64,000 nucleotides of DNA from Geopsychrobacteraceae bacterium (GCA_963662315.1 OY759353.1:3168001-3232000), one strand, 5' to 3'; shown: positions 51,139-61,598, counted from the first letter of the stretch. Numbers and translations are program-made. The notes: generated by a model not told the origin, from the sequence alone.

Positions 51139-52602
51139 TCAAGGTGCCGCAAGCTGCTCTGCAGCCAGACGCCCAAGTGTAACGATGGCCGCTTCAACGC
51201 AAGAATCCCAGCAGGCGGCATTCAGACGAATGCAGTTGCTGAATTTGCCTTCCAGAGAAAACAGGTGCCCTGGCGCAATACTGATTCCACACCTGCGCAC
51301 TTCTTCATAGAGGCGTAATGCATCAACCTGTTCTGGCATTTCAACCCATAGCAGGAAACCTCCCTGCGGGCGTGAGACCCGTGTTCCTGCTGGAAAATGC
51401 CGGCCTATGGCCGCGGCCATCAGCGGCACCACGCGGGCATAATGTCGACATAAGTTACGCAGGTGATGATCATAGCCGCCAGTCGCCAGGAATTCGCCAA
51501 TTGCCAGCTGGGTCGGGGTGGCGGTGGCGACACCGGAAATCATTTTGCCATGCTCGATGCGTTCCTGATAACGACCGGCGGCGATCCAGCCGACACGGTA
51601 GCCGGGAGCAAGGGTTTTGCTGAACGAGGAGCAGAGCAGCACATTGCCCTCTTTATCAAACGATTTGGCAACGGAGGGGCGCTTACCGTTCAGGGGCAGG
51701 TCACCGTAAATATCATCCTCAATCAGGGGCACGCCATGGTTGGCGAGGAGCCGTACCAGTTTATGCTTGTCTTCGTCGGCCATCAGGCTGCCGAGCGGGT
51801 TATTAAAGTTCGGGATCGACAGGCACGCCTTGACCTCGCCCTGATTTTTCATCAGTGCATAATCAAGAGCTTCAAGGCTGATACCTCCGCGTGGGGAAGC
51901 GGGGATTTCAAGTGCTTTGAGACCCAGCTCGGCAATCAACTGTATAAAATTAAAATAAAAGGGGGTTTCGATAGCAACGGTGTCTCCTGCTTTGCACAGG
52001 GCCCGCAGTGCCAGACTGACAGCTTCAACACAGCCCGAGGTGATGACGATTTCATCCGGAGCCAGGGCACAGCTGCATTGCAAGGTTCGCTGGGCAATCT
52101 GCTGGCGCAACCGCAGGTTCCCGGGCGGTATCTCGTAAGAGACCGCTTGGCGGGGGTGCAGGCGAACTTCGCGAGCCAGCATCCGGTTCAGTTTGGAGGT
52201 GGGCAATAGTTCGGCATTGGGGGTGGCGATACCAAGCTGTAAAAGATTGGGATCAAGCAGATCACGCATGACCATACCGTAAACATTGTTGATGGTCACA
52301 GTTGCCGGTCGTTTAAGCGACGGCCGGTCGACGACCGGTTCGCTAGGGAGTTTCAGCTGGCGAGAGCGTACGTAATAACCGGATTGAGGGCGTGCTTCCA
52401 GCAGCTGCCGATTTTCAAGCTGGCTGTAGGCTTCTTTAACCGTATTGATACTGACCTGCAGCTGTTTGCTTAAGGAGCGTATGGATGGAACGCGTTCACC
52501 CGGGCGCAAGGTTCCCTGTTCAATCAGGTAGCAGATGCGGCTGGCGACCTGTTCGTAGAGAGGGTTTTGGTTATTGGTCTGGATGGCGGGCGCTTCTAGC
52601 AT
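51139..52602 (-). CDS. MocR-family regulator (GntR HTH plus PLP aminotransferase), YdcR-like
   Basis: LYEQVA..I..G.LRPGERVPSIR, ARPQSGYYV, IEDDIY, SFSKTLAPGYRVGW. Confidence 0.92.
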   Translation of the reverse strand: MLEAPAIQTNNQNPLYEQVASRICYLIEQGTLRPGERVPSIRSLSKQLQVSINTVKEAYSQLENRQLLEARPQSGYYVRSRQLKLPSEPVVDRPSLKRPATVTINNVYGMVMRDLLDPNLLQLGIATPNAELLPTSKLNRMLAREVRLHPRQAVSYEIPPGNLRLRQQIAQRTLQCSCALAPDEIVITSGCVEAVSLALRALCKAGDTVAIETPFYFNFIQLIAELGLKALEIPASPRGGISLEALDYALMKNQGEVKACLSIPNFNNPLGSLMADEDKHKLVRLLANHGVPLIEDDIYGDLPLNGKRPSVAKSFDKEGNVLLCSSFSKTLAPGYRVGWIAAGRYQERIEHGKMISGVATATPTQLAIGEFLATGGYDHHLRNLCRHYARVVPLMAAAIGRHFPAGTRVSRPQGGFLLWVEMPEQVDALRLYEEVRRCGISIAPGHLFSLEGKFSNCIRLNAACWDSCVEAAIVTLGRLAAEQLAAP

Positions 52603-52627
52603 AATGTCCCCTTTGGCATGTGTTTTT

Positions 52628-52747
52628 CTGTATCTGTTGTAGCAGGAGAGTTGAACCTGGAACAGATACAGTTGAGATCTTCCTTGATGGGTACAGTTTT
52701 GGGAATGGATAACTGTGATGGTTACAATAGTTCGAGACTGTATCTGG
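52628..52747. promoter_or_regulatory. Repeated CTGTATCTG / CAGATACAG motifs, candidate MocR-family operator array
   Basis: CTGTATCTGTT (52628) with inverted AACAGATACAG (52661), plus GTACAGTT, AACTGTGATG and ACTGTATCTGG (52737). Confidence 0.6.
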
Positions 52748-52805
52748 CGCAACTAGAAAAAATGTCTTCTAATGACAGCAACGCATTTGTTTGAAAGGAG
52801 GTCTT

Positions 52806-53096
52806 ATGCAGCTGTTATTGGAAAAAGAGGAAGTGCTTGAAGTTGGTAAGCATCAGCGAGATGCACAGATTGTCTGTCATGCCGGCCGGTGCTGGGTGAC
52901 CATCAGTGGCGACAGTCGTGATTATGTGCTGCATAGTGGCAATACAATGATGGTTTCCGGCTCGGGCAGCGTGTGTATCGCTGCTCTGGGGGATGCCAGG
53001 GTTCAGGTTATCACTGAGAGCAGATTGCCGTCCTGGCTGGAAAAATTGACCAGTGGCCGTTTCTGGGGGCTAAAAAAACGGGCTCTTCTGCAGTGA
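52806..53096 (+). CDS. DUF2917-like small cupin-fold protein
   Basis: C..GRCWVT..GDSRDYVL..G pattern; AAGGAGG RBS; divergent from the MocR regulator. Confidence 0.75.
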   Translation: MQLLLEKEEVLEVGKHQRDAQIVCHAGRCWVTISGDSRDYVLHSGNTMMVSGSGSVCIAALGDARVQVITESRLPSWLEKLTSGRFWGLKKRALLQ

Positions 53097-53115
53097 CAGA
53101 GGAGCCCGATAAGGG

Positions 53116-53153
53116 GTTTTCATCCGGAAACAGTTTGTTTCCGTTATGAAAAC
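53116..53153. repeat. Short inverted repeat resembling the fused ends of the 27251-27390 element
   Basis: GTTTTCATCCGGAAACA-GTT-TGTTTCCGTTATGAAAAC next to the hflC stop. Confidence 0.45.
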
Positions 53154-53163
53154 TATTCAGTTG

Positions 53164-54087
53164 CTATTTGATATCGCGCAGGTATTTGTAGTAGTCCGCA
53201 TCTGTTGAAATGACTAACTTGCCATTTTTGCTGATGGTTTTTTTGTAGGATTCAAGAGTTCTCAGAAAATTGTAGAACTCCTTGTCCTGATTGTAGGCTT
53301 CAGCATAGATACCAGCGGCCTGGGCATCAGCATCGCCGCGAATTTCCAGAGCCCTGCGGTAAGCGTCGGAGCTGATCTCTTTCAGCTCCCGCTCCATTTT
53401 ACCAAGGATTTCAGCTTTCTCGCCTTCACCTTCAGAGCGATATTGTGCCGCAACTTTCTTCCGTTCATTGATCATCCGTTCATAGACACGGGTACGAACT
53501 TGCTCAACATAGTTAATGCGTTTGATTTGAACATCAAGCAGTTCGATTCCGTATTCGGGGGTGCTGGCACTTGCTTTGGCTAAAATATTCTGCAGAATCT
53601 GTTCGCGGCCAAGCATGTCCTCTGCTTTGACCTGCTGCCCTTCGACTTCAAATTTCTCATCCCCGGGTGCTTCATAGTCATTGCCACGCACCAGCTCCAC
53701 CAGTAAATGTCCGGAAACCGCATCCCTGACGACAGAATCGATAATATCATCAAGACGGCTTTGGGCGCCGCGCTCGGTCGCTACGGTTTTCAGGAACTGC
53801 AGCGGGTCGGCGATACGCCAGCGCGCTGTTGTATCAATCCAGATAAAGCGCTTGTCCTTGGTCGGAATCTGGTTCGGGTCGCCATCCCATTTCAGGATCC
53901 GGCTTTCAAAACGCCTGACATCCTGCATGAAGGGGATCTTGAAATGGATGCCGGGTGCAATGATATCGCTGACCGGTTTACCAAACTGGGTGATAATGGC
54001 TTGCTCCGATTCGTTGACAACGTATAAACCGCCCTGGGCCAGAAGCATCACAATGACGACGATAATAACAATAAATCCGTTTTTCAT
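53164..54087 (-). CDS. hflC: FtsH modulator HflC
   Basis: SPFH domain, QAIITQFGKP, ERKKVAAQYRSEG, FYNFLRTLESY. Confidence 0.93.
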   Translation of the reverse strand: MKNGFIVIIVVIVMLLAQGGLYVVNESEQAIITQFGKPVSDIIAPGIHFKIPFMQDVRRFESRILKWDGDPNQIPTKDKRFIWIDTTARWRIADPLQFLKTVATERGAQSRLDDIIDSVVRDAVSGHLLVELVRGNDYEAPGDEKFEVEGQQVKAEDMLGREQILQNILAKASASTPEYGIELLDVQIKRINYVEQVRTRVYERMINERKKVAAQYRSEGEGEKAEILGKMERELKEISSDAYRRALEIRGDADAQAAGIYAEAYNQDKEFYNFLRTLESYKKTISKNGKLVISTDADYYKYLRDIK

Positions 54088-55121
54088 TGTGCACCTCCTG
54101 CCAGGCTATTGCGCAGTGGTAACAGAGGGAGTACACCACTGTTGGTCTTATCCATAATAAATGTCTCATCCAGTTTTGGCAGGACTTGCTCCATGGTTTC
54201 AATATAGATGCGGCGTCTGGTCACTTCAGGCGCCTTCTTGTACTCGGTCAGCAGCGCAAGGAAGCGATTGGTCTCACCACGAGCCTTGTTGATGCGCTCA
54301 ACCTTGTATCCTTCTGCTTCCTCAACGGTACTTTTCGCCTGACCGCGGGCTTTCGGGACTTCGCGGTTGAACTGTTCGCGAGCCTGGAAGATAAGGCTTT
54401 CTTTTTGCTGTTCAGCCTCGTTGACCTCGTTGAAGGCATCCTTGACCGGATCGGGTGGGTTGACGTCCTGAAACTTGACCGTAACAATACGCACGCCAAT
54501 GTCATACTGGTTAAGGGTGCTCTGCAGATCACTTTCAATCGTGCTGGCCAGAGCCGCACGCTCGGTAGTCAAAACCTGGCTGACATTGGCGTTACCAATC
54601 GCTTTACGGACCATGGCTTCGGAAATGTCACGAATGGTCCCGATCGGTTCCTTGATTTTAAACACATACTTGAACGGATCAGAAATCTGAAACTGGACAA
54701 TCCACTCAACGTCACTGACGTTGAGGTCGCCGGTCAGTGTCAAAGATTCTTCCTCGAGCCCTTTTTTGCTGAACGAGGAACGCACCCCGGGATTGACCGT
54801 ACGGTAGCCGAATTCTTCCTTGAGAACACGGCCGGTCGGAACCAGGAACACCTGGTCAATACCGAATGGCAATTTGACGTGCAGACCGGGCTCGGCGAAG
54901 CCTGAAAATTTGCCAAAGCGCAACACGACGCCAGTTTCTTCGGTATCCACCTTGTACATGCCTGTATAAACGCTGATTAAAACAGCCAGAACAATGATGA
55001 TGGCGAGAAGGGGTAAAAATGCTTTTTGCGGCTTGTTGAACTTGTTTTTTATCTGGTTGGTGATGTCGATCACCTTTTTTTCCAGATCGTCCCCGTTAGG
55101 GCCTTGTCCCCAATCCTGCAT
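54084..55121 (-). CDS. hflK: FtsH modulator HflK
   Basis: GVVLRFG, LTGDLN, VKDAFNEV, EYKKAPEVTRRRIYIETM. Confidence 0.93.
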   Translation of the reverse strand: MQDWGQGPNGDDLEKKVIDITNQIKNKFNKPQKAFLPLLAIIIVLAVLISVYTGMYKVDTEETGVVLRFGKFSGFAEPGLHVKLPFGIDQVFLVPTGRVLKEEFGYRTVNPGVRSSFSKKGLEEESLTLTGDLNVSDVEWIVQFQISDPFKYVFKIKEPIGTIRDISEAMVRKAIGNANVSQVLTTERAALASTIESDLQSTLNQYDIGVRIVTVKFQDVNPPDPVKDAFNEVNEAEQQKESLIFQAREQFNREVPKARGQAKSTVEEAEGYKVERINKARGETNRFLALLTEYKKAPEVTRRRIYIETMEQVLPKLDETFIMDKTNSGVLPLLPLRNSLAGGAQ

Positions 55122-55326
55122 GACTCTCCTTAATCCTTTGGTTGTGGGTTAATGAGTGGCGGTCGTGAAAACCCGCACGCGCTTAATACACTGAACTTCT
55201 ATTTATAGCAGATTTTCTTCCGTTACGGCAGCGTTTCACTAAGAATAATGAACCGTCTGATCTGGAGCTTTTGCTGACAGAGGCGTATACTCAAGGTCAA
55301 ACCTTCATCTGGGAGACTTGAAACTT

Positions 55327-55629
55327 ATGAACGTTATTGTGGATTTGTGTGTGGTGCCGATGGGTGTCGGCGTGTCTGTTTCCAAATATGTTGCCATGTG
55401 TCAGCAAGTCCTGGAAGCTGCCGGTCTGCAGACCAGCCTGCATGCTTACGGAACCAACATTGAAGGGCCCTATGATGACGTCTTTGCGGCAATCAAGCGT
55501 TGCCACGAAGTGATTCACGAAGCGGGTGCCCCGCGGATCACAACCACCATAAAAATGGGAACCAGAGTTGATCGTGAACAGTCCATGGCGGATAAAATTC
55601 AGAGTGTTAACGACAAGCTGGGAAGGTAA
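55327..55629 (+). CDS. MTH1187/YkoF-family thiamine-binding protein
   Basis: VVPMG..VSVSKYVA, AYGTNIEG, KMGTRVD. Confidence 0.85.
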   Translation: MNVIVDLCVVPMGVGVSVSKYVAMCQQVLEAAGLQTSLHAYGTNIEGPYDDVFAAIKRCHEVIHEAGAPRITTTIKMGTRVDREQSMADKIQSVNDKLGR

Positions 55630-55663
55630 TTATCGTCCGGCACCTGTGTTGGGCGATTATCCA

Positions 55664-56794
55664 CTAACTCTGGTTTGCTACGATTGTCACAGTTATCTGG
55701 TTTTTCCCATTATCTTTGCTTTGGTAGCAGGCCAGATCGGCAGCATGTAATAATTGTGAATATTTGACAGTATGATTGTGATGAAAGGCTATGCCAATAC
55801 TTGCGCTAAGCTCTGTAAAGCTAGCTTGTTTGGGAAAGGTGATGCTCTTAATGCCTTCCAGAACCCGGTTCGCTATTTTTTCAACTTTGGTAACATCATC
55901 AACGAACAGGAACGCGACAAACTCATCCCCACCTATACGGGCGATAGCATCATCGGGCCTGAAAGATCCCTTTATGACATCGGCCACCTGTTTCAAGGCA
56001 AGGTCTCCTGCTCGATGACCGAACGAGTCGTTTATCGGTTTAAAATTATCCAGATCAATAAATACAAAGGCAACACCGTGATGGTTTAAGGGGGCAGTAA
56101 ATTTAAACCGATCTTCAAATTCAGAGCGGTTCAGCAAGTCCACCAGCGAGTCATGGGTCGCCCGGTAGTGCATGGTGTGAGTCAGTTTGAAATTTTCCAG
56201 CAGTGTTCTGTTGTTATTATGCCCCGTTTTAGCCATGACCAGGACATACAGTGTAATCATCATGGAAAGACCAATGTCAGTGGGACTGCCGGACATGATC
56301 AATTTTGAAATGACAAGCAGACACGAAGACAGCATGAAGAGTTGAAAGGTCAGTAAGTCAACCGCGTGGGTTCCTGATGATGCGGCAGACAAGCCAACAA
56401 TTGAAAAATAAATCAAAAGTTGATATTCAGCTGAAAAATCCTCATAAAACAGCCACATGGCTATGCCATTCAGAATTCCAGAGGAGAGGCTCAAGAAACG
56501 ATAGCTATTAAGCCAGAATTGGGGGGGTAAGTTGTCTTTGTGGTGGTTGAATCCATACCACAATGCCAGCCTGATGGCAGTAATCAGGACACCTGAAAGA
56601 GACCAGTATAAGGCTGATAACGAAGGGATTTGAGCCCAGATGAACCATGCCAGAATTAAAAAAACGGCAAAACTGCCAGAGATAGAAAACAGGGCATTGG
56701 CATACAGGGAGACCAGTATCTTCTCAGTGACCCACTGTTTATAGTCCGTGTTGTAAGCTGAATTAAAATATTTTTGATATGGAATACTGCTCAT
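55664..56794 (-). CDS. Membrane-bound diguanylate cyclase
   Basis: Multiple TM segments, HDSL..LLNR, IDLDNFK.IND.FGH..GD, RPDD I-site and intact GGDEF. Confidence 0.9.
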   Translation of the reverse strand: MSSIPYQKYFNSAYNTDYKQWVTEKILVSLYANALFSISGSFAVFLILAWFIWAQIPSLSALYWSLSGVLITAIRLALWYGFNHHKDNLPPQFWLNSYRFLSLSSGILNGIAMWLFYEDFSAEYQLLIYFSIVGLSAASSGTHAVDLLTFQLFMLSSCLLVISKLIMSGSPTDIGLSMMITLYVLVMAKTGHNNNRTLLENFKLTHTMHYRATHDSLVDLLNRSEFEDRFKFTAPLNHHGVAFVFIDLDNFKPINDSFGHRAGDLALKQVADVIKGSFRPDDAIARIGGDEFVAFLFVDDVTKVEKIANRVLEGIKSITFPKQASFTELSASIGIAFHHNHTVKYSQLLHAADLACYQSKDNGKNQITVTIVANQS

Positions 56795-57001
56795 ATTTTA
56801 TTTGTCAGGACTATGGTGATTTTTATATTAATTAGTGGAGGTTCATCGATCAATTGTAGCAAAATGCGGCCCTTAAAAAAAGTACTTCCCTGAAGAGCGT
56901 TATAAAAGCAGGACCGATACGGTAACCATTTACGATTCACAAAAATATGTGCAGTGGGATGTCCCTGAATTGAAAGCGCCAAATGGACAGAACTTTGGTA
57001 A

Positions 57002-58003
57002 TCAGTATTTTTTCAGATTGGCAAGTTCTCCCTTTAATTTAAGATAACTGGCCAGCCGTTGCTCTGTCAGTGTACCTGCGTCAATGGCACCTTTAACGGC
57101 GCATCCAGGTTCCGACAGGTGGCCACAATTGCTGAACTTGCATTGGCAGGCAAGCTCTTCAATGTCGGTAAATGACTCAGTCAGATCTTCTTCTTCTCCC
57201 CACAGGTGCAATTCGCGCATGCCGGGATTATCCATCAGGATCCCCCCTTCCTGCAGCAGGAACAGCTCGCGGTGGGTGGTGGTGTGACGCCCTTTGCCGT
57301 CAGCGCTACTGACCTCTGCGGTCTTTTGCTTTTCGCGACCGATCAGAGCATTGACAATCGTTGACTTGCCGACTCCCGAAGACCCCAATAACGCGATGGT
57401 CTGACCAGGCTGCAGATAACTTTTCAGGGTGGTAATTTCATCGCTGTTGCGGGCCATACACAAGTGTACCGGGCTGTCTCCGGCGATTTCTACAACCTGT
57501 TTACGGCAGTATTCCGGTTCCGAGCATAAATCTTTTTTATTCAGCAGGATAACTGCGTCAGAACCACTGCTGCCGACCAGGGTCAGGTAGCGTTCAATGC
57601 GGCGCAGGTTAAAATCCTGATCCAGACCGCTGACAATAAATATCAGGTCGATATTGGCGGCGATAACCTGCTGCTCTGTCCTTTCCTTGCCTTTTGCTTT
57701 ACGACGTCCGGGCAGATTACGGGAAAAAAAATTGTGGCGTTCCAACAGAGCATGGATCAGGCCCCGCTCTCCCGGTTGTGGTTCGATGACCACCCAGTCA
57801 CCGACCACCGGTAAGTCAACACGACCCGTCGCTTTATGGCGAATCTTGCCGGCAAAACGGACTGTCAGTTCGCCTTGCTCAGACCACACTTTGAAATAGT
57901 TTTTTTCCCCGCGAATCACCCGGGCAGGGAGAAATTTGCTATTTTCCCAGGGTTTGAACTGCTTGGCGAAAAAGGTATTCCAGCCCCAGTCTGCTAAGGT
58001 CAT
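57002..58003 (-). CDS. rsgA: Ribosome small subunit-dependent GTPase A
   Basis: PVVGDWV, NKKD, GSSGVGKST, GRHTTT, DNPG, CKFSNCGH..EPGC. Confidence 0.93.
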   Translation of the reverse strand: MTLADWGWNTFFAKQFKPWENSKFLPARVIRGEKNYFKVWSEQGELTVRFAGKIRHKATGRVDLPVVGDWVVIEPQPGERGLIHALLERHNFFSRNLPGRRKAKGKERTEQQVIAANIDLIFIVSGLDQDFNLRRIERYLTLVGSSGSDAVILLNKKDLCSEPEYCRKQVVEIAGDSPVHLCMARNSDEITTLKSYLQPGQTIALLGSSGVGKSTIVNALIGREKQKTAEVSSADGKGRHTTTHRELFLLQEGGILMDNPGMRELHLWGEEEDLTESFTDIEELACQCKFSNCGHLSEPGCAVKGAIDAGTLTEQRLASYLKLKGELANLKKY

Positions 58004-58911
58004 GCGGTTTCCTTGTGTCGTTGGTTGATGGGCAGGTTAAAAAGCGCCAGGCCGGAGCAGATCATCATGCTGCCGACCAGGTGAAAAGTCTGAAAGCGTT
58101 CATCGAGTAAGACGATGGCCAGCAGTGCGGCAAACAGAGGGATCAGGTTGATGTAGAGTCCGGCTCGATTGGCGCCCAGCTCACGGACACCACGATTCCA
58201 GAACAGATAGGCCAGAATCGAGGGGAATATACCCAGGTAGAGAAAGCTGGCAATAACCGGAGTTGTCAGCTGCAATGCCGCGCTGGTGGAGTGCTCCCAT
58301 AAATATAGGGGGAGCAGAATAATGGCTCCAATGCTGAAAGTGCAGAACAGGAAGCTGAAGGGATGAATTTTCGGAGCACGGCGCAGGAATACTGAGTAAA
58401 AAGCATAAAAAATGACAGCCAGCAGCATCAGCAGATCTCCACGCACAAAGTCGAGCTGTACCAGCCGGTTGATATCTCCCTGAATGATGATATAAGCGGT
58501 TCCGCAGACACACAGGATAACCGCTGAGATTTGCCTGCAAGAGACCTTTTCGCCAAAAGCAAAAAAACTGATCAGCAAAATGATCGCAGGCATAATCGCC
58601 TGCATCAGTGTCATGTTGAGCACGGTTGTGGTATGGGCGGCGGTATAAAGCAGGGTGTTGAAGGATGCGATACCAAGCAATCCAAGGATGACAATGGTCC
58701 ACCAGTGCTGTTTTATCTGCTGCTTATCGTGCTTAAGGTGACGCCAGGACACTGGTAGTAGAATGGCCAGGGCGATGAGCCAGCGGAAGAATGACAGCGT
58801 GAGCGGTGGCACCAGATTAGCTATCCCCCTGGCCAGAACCGAATTTCCGGCCCAGAACAAAGGGGGCAATATCATTAAAAAATAGACGATAACGGGCTGC
58901 CTTCGGGGCAT
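58000..58911 (-). CDS. DMT/EamA-family transporter
   Basis: About 10 TM segments, FWAGNSV, GDLLML, YLFWNRG, YINLIP. Confidence 0.9.
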   Translation of the reverse strand: MPRRQPVIVYFLMILPPLFWAGNSVLARGIANLVPPLTLSFFRWLIALAILLPVSWRHLKHDKQQIKQHWWTIVILGLLGIASFNTLLYTAAHTTTVLNMTLMQAIMPAIILLISFFAFGEKVSCRQISAVILCVCGTAYIIIQGDINRLVQLDFVRGDLLMLLAVIFYAFYSVFLRRAPKIHPFSFLFCTFSIGAIILLPLYLWEHSTSAALQLTTPVIASFLYLGIFPSILAYLFWNRGVRELGANRAGLYINLIPLFAALLAIVLLDERFQTFHLVGSMMICSGLALFNLPINQRHKETA

Positions 58912-58929
58912 CGCACTTCTCCCATCTTT

Positions 58930-59643
58930 TCACGCGGGGCAAAAACGGGAGAGTAGCACAGGTACGGCTGTTTCTACCCGTAAAATCCGTTCACCGAGAG
59001 AGAGTTGCATGAACTGAAGCTCTTGTAGTTTGTTGATTTCGTAATCAATGAAGCCCCCTTCCGGACCGATGGCCAGAACACTTGGTGTTGTAATGCGGGC
59101 CGGAAAAACGGTGGATCCTCCGGGATGAGCGACCAGCCTGGTCTTGCCGCTGCAAATGGCAGGGAGTTCATCCTCGATAAAGGGTTTAAAGCGTGGACGT
59201 AAATGGACCTTGGGCATTATGGTATCGCGAGCCTGTTCGAGTCCTAACCGTAGGTGTTCCTGCAGTTTGACCTGGGTCAGCAGTGGGCTGTGCCAGTAAC
59301 TTTTATCAACCCGATAACTGTTGATCAGGTAAATGTCCTTAACTCCGAGGGAGGTTACCGCCTGAAGCACGCGTTTGAGCATTTTGGGCCGCGGGAGGGC
59401 CAGCAGCAGCGTTACCGGCAGGGGCTGTGGAGCAGGTTGGTTGAGGCAGATGTTTAGCTCAACGCAATCGCTGCCGAGCCTGGTAACGGTACCGAGGCCC
59501 ATGGCGCCATTAAGGAGTCCGATCCTGAGCTCGTCGCCGGGGCTGGCACGATGGACGCTGCGGATGTGTTCAAAGCGTCGATCGTTGAGAAGCACCTGGT
59601 CCTTGGCCATAAAGTCTTCGCTGTCAATCAGAATCAGGTTCAT
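58930..59643 (-). CDS. rsmE: 16S rRNA m3U1498 methyltransferase family
   Basis: LALPRPK, EQARD, IGPEGGF, LGERILRVETA. Confidence 0.9.
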   Translation of the reverse strand: MNLILIDSEDFMAKDQVLLNDRRFEHIRSVHRASPGDELRIGLLNGAMGLGTVTRLGSDCVELNICLNQPAPQPLPVTLLLALPRPKMLKRVLQAVTSLGVKDIYLINSYRVDKSYWHSPLLTQVKLQEHLRLGLEQARDTIMPKVHLRPRFKPFIEDELPAICSGKTRLVAHPGGSTVFPARITTPSVLAIGPEGGFIDYEINKLQELQFMQLSLGERILRVETAVPVLLSRFCPA

Positions 59644-59939
59644 AACAGAATACGTCCAATGATGACAAAACAGATCAAGCCAGAAAGGATATTGAGGGGT
59701 TGGGCCTGAAAGGTCCGTGGCTTTGGATTAAGTTGTTCAGTGAAGGCGTTGCTGCTACTCAATTGAATTCCTTTGGCTAAAAAGGATAGATTATAGCGTG
59801 GCGCAAGATTTATGTAAATTGATGCGGCAGAAGAAGTCACCGGTTTTCCACTGTAGCTGTTGTTCCGGCGGAAAACCCCTGCGCTTCGGTCGGCAGGGAG
59901 AGTAATGTGGTTAAATGTGAACGCTGGTGGGGGGGGGAG

Positions 59940-61424
59940 ATGAAAAATTTTTTGGTAGTTTTCGGACTGGCGCTGTGTTTTTGGGGAGGTTTTATGGCAC
60001 CTGCATCAGCTGCTGCAAGTGAGTTGGATGAGCGCGTCCTGCCGCTGTTGGAACGCCATACAGGACAGACCGGTGCGTATGTTCTTGAAAAGGGGGAAGA
60101 GGCGTTGTTGGCCAGGGCCTGGCTGGCTGACCACGCAACAAGAAGTATCAATGTCCAGTACTTTATCTGGAGCTCAGATAACATTGGTACTCTGGCGGCA
60201 GAGAATTTATTACGGGCGGCAGAGCGGGGAGTTTCGGTTCGGGTGTTGGTCGATGATCTGATGATTGATGCCCCAGACCAGTTTCTTCTGGCGCTTGCTG
60301 GTCATCCGCATGTTGCCATCAAGATTTATAATCCACAGCACAAGGTTGGCGTATCGACTCCGCAGCGGGTAAGGAATATTTTTACTGATTTCAGAGGCAG
60401 TAACCAACGAATGCATGACAAGACATTTGTTGTCGATGATCTGGTGGCGATTGCTGGCGGCCGCAATATGGCCGCAGAATATTTCGATTATAGTCAGGCT
60501 TACAATTTTCGGGATCGCGATATTTTGCTGATTGGACCAGCAGCAGCGGACATCAATGTCAGCTTTGAACGGTTCTGGAACAGCGAACAGGCTCAACCGG
60601 TTACCGATCTTCTTGCTGATACCGAACCTCCCGCTGTGGATACGGTCAGGAAGATCTATGCTGATTTGCACCGTTATGCCGAAAATGAGGAAAATTTTGC
60701 CCCGGAAGTCAGGAGCGCTCTTGGTGACCTTGCCGGGCAATTCTCTTATCTGGTTGAGCACCTGGTCTGGAGCGATGTTTCTTTTATCAGTGACCGGCCC
60801 GGAAAAAATTCCGGTGCTGAGGGGCTGGGTGGCGGTGGACTGACCACCAGTGCCCTGGCGGATGCTTTAGCCCTGGCTCGGAAGCAGGTCACCATTCAAT
60901 CTCCTTATCTGGTGATGCCGAAAGGTGGTTTGGAACTTTTTTCGGCTTTGATCAAGCGTGGAGTAAGGGTCCGGATCAGCACGAATTCATTGTCGTCGAC
61001 AGATAACCTGCAGGCTTTCAGTGGCTACCATAAACAGCGTAAAGAGTTGCTGGCTGCCGGAATCGATATCTACGAGTTCAAGCCTGCTCCGGCCATTCAA
61101 AAATCACTGATCGATCGCTATGCCATGCTGGAGAAGCAGACGCCAATTTTTGCTATCCACGCCAAAACATTGGTCATCGATAGTGAAAAACTGTTTATTG
61201 GCACCTTTAACCTCGATCCTCGTTCGGCTAATTTGAACACTGAGGTGGGTGTTATTGTTCCCAGTAAGCAACTGGCGACCCAGGTTGAGCAGGCGATAGA
61301 GATTGATATGCGTCCGGAAAACAGTTGGTCGAGCCGGGCGGAGAATCCCAATCGCCATGCGTCTCTGGGAAAAAGAATAAGACTGCTGTTTTGGCAACTC
61401 TTTCCTCTGGAAAAGATCTTGTAG
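59940..61424 (+). CDS. Phospholipase D-family protein (ClsC/YmdC-like) with signal peptide
   Basis: QYFIW, RMHDKTFVVD, GGRN, IHAKTLVID, GTFNLDPRSANLNTE. Confidence 0.9.
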   Translation: MKNFLVVFGLALCFWGGFMAPASAAASELDERVLPLLERHTGQTGAYVLEKGEEALLARAWLADHATRSINVQYFIWSSDNIGTLAAENLLRAAERGVSVRVLVDDLMIDAPDQFLLALAGHPHVAIKIYNPQHKVGVSTPQRVRNIFTDFRGSNQRMHDKTFVVDDLVAIAGGRNMAAEYFDYSQAYNFRDRDILLIGPAAADINVSFERFWNSEQAQPVTDLLADTEPPAVDTVRKIYADLHRYAENEENFAPEVRSALGDLAGQFSYLVEHLVWSDVSFISDRPGKNSGAEGLGGGGLTTSALADALALARKQVTIQSPYLVMPKGGLELFSALIKRGVRVRISTNSLSSTDNLQAFSGYHKQRKELLAAGIDIYEFKPAPAIQKSLIDRYAMLEKQTPIFAIHAKTLVIDSEKLFIGTFNLDPRSANLNTEVGVIVPSKQLATQVEQAIEIDMRPENSWSSRAENPNRHASLGKRIRLLFWQLFPLEKIL

Positions 61425-61544
61425 CCTTTTATGTACTATGTCCTGACAATTTATGTACATTGCGTTTGGCACTGTTTTTTGAGGGAATGGTTCAGATGTA
61501 GGTAAATGTTAAAAAAATCAGGGAGATAAGATCAGCGTTTTAGT

Positions 61545-61560
61545 TGGCATAGCTGCTGCT
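61545..61560 (+). promoter_or_regulatory. Putative sigma-54 promoter
   Basis: TGGCAT-AGCTG-CTGCT (GG-N10-GC), ending 38 nt before the leader ORF. Confidence 0.55.
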
Positions 61561-61598
61561 TTTTGGGGTGATCAATAAAAAAATATTAGGAGGAAGAA

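Noticed and set aside
61466..61482. TTGGCACTG as a sigma-54 -24 element
   Set aside because: No GC at the -12 position.
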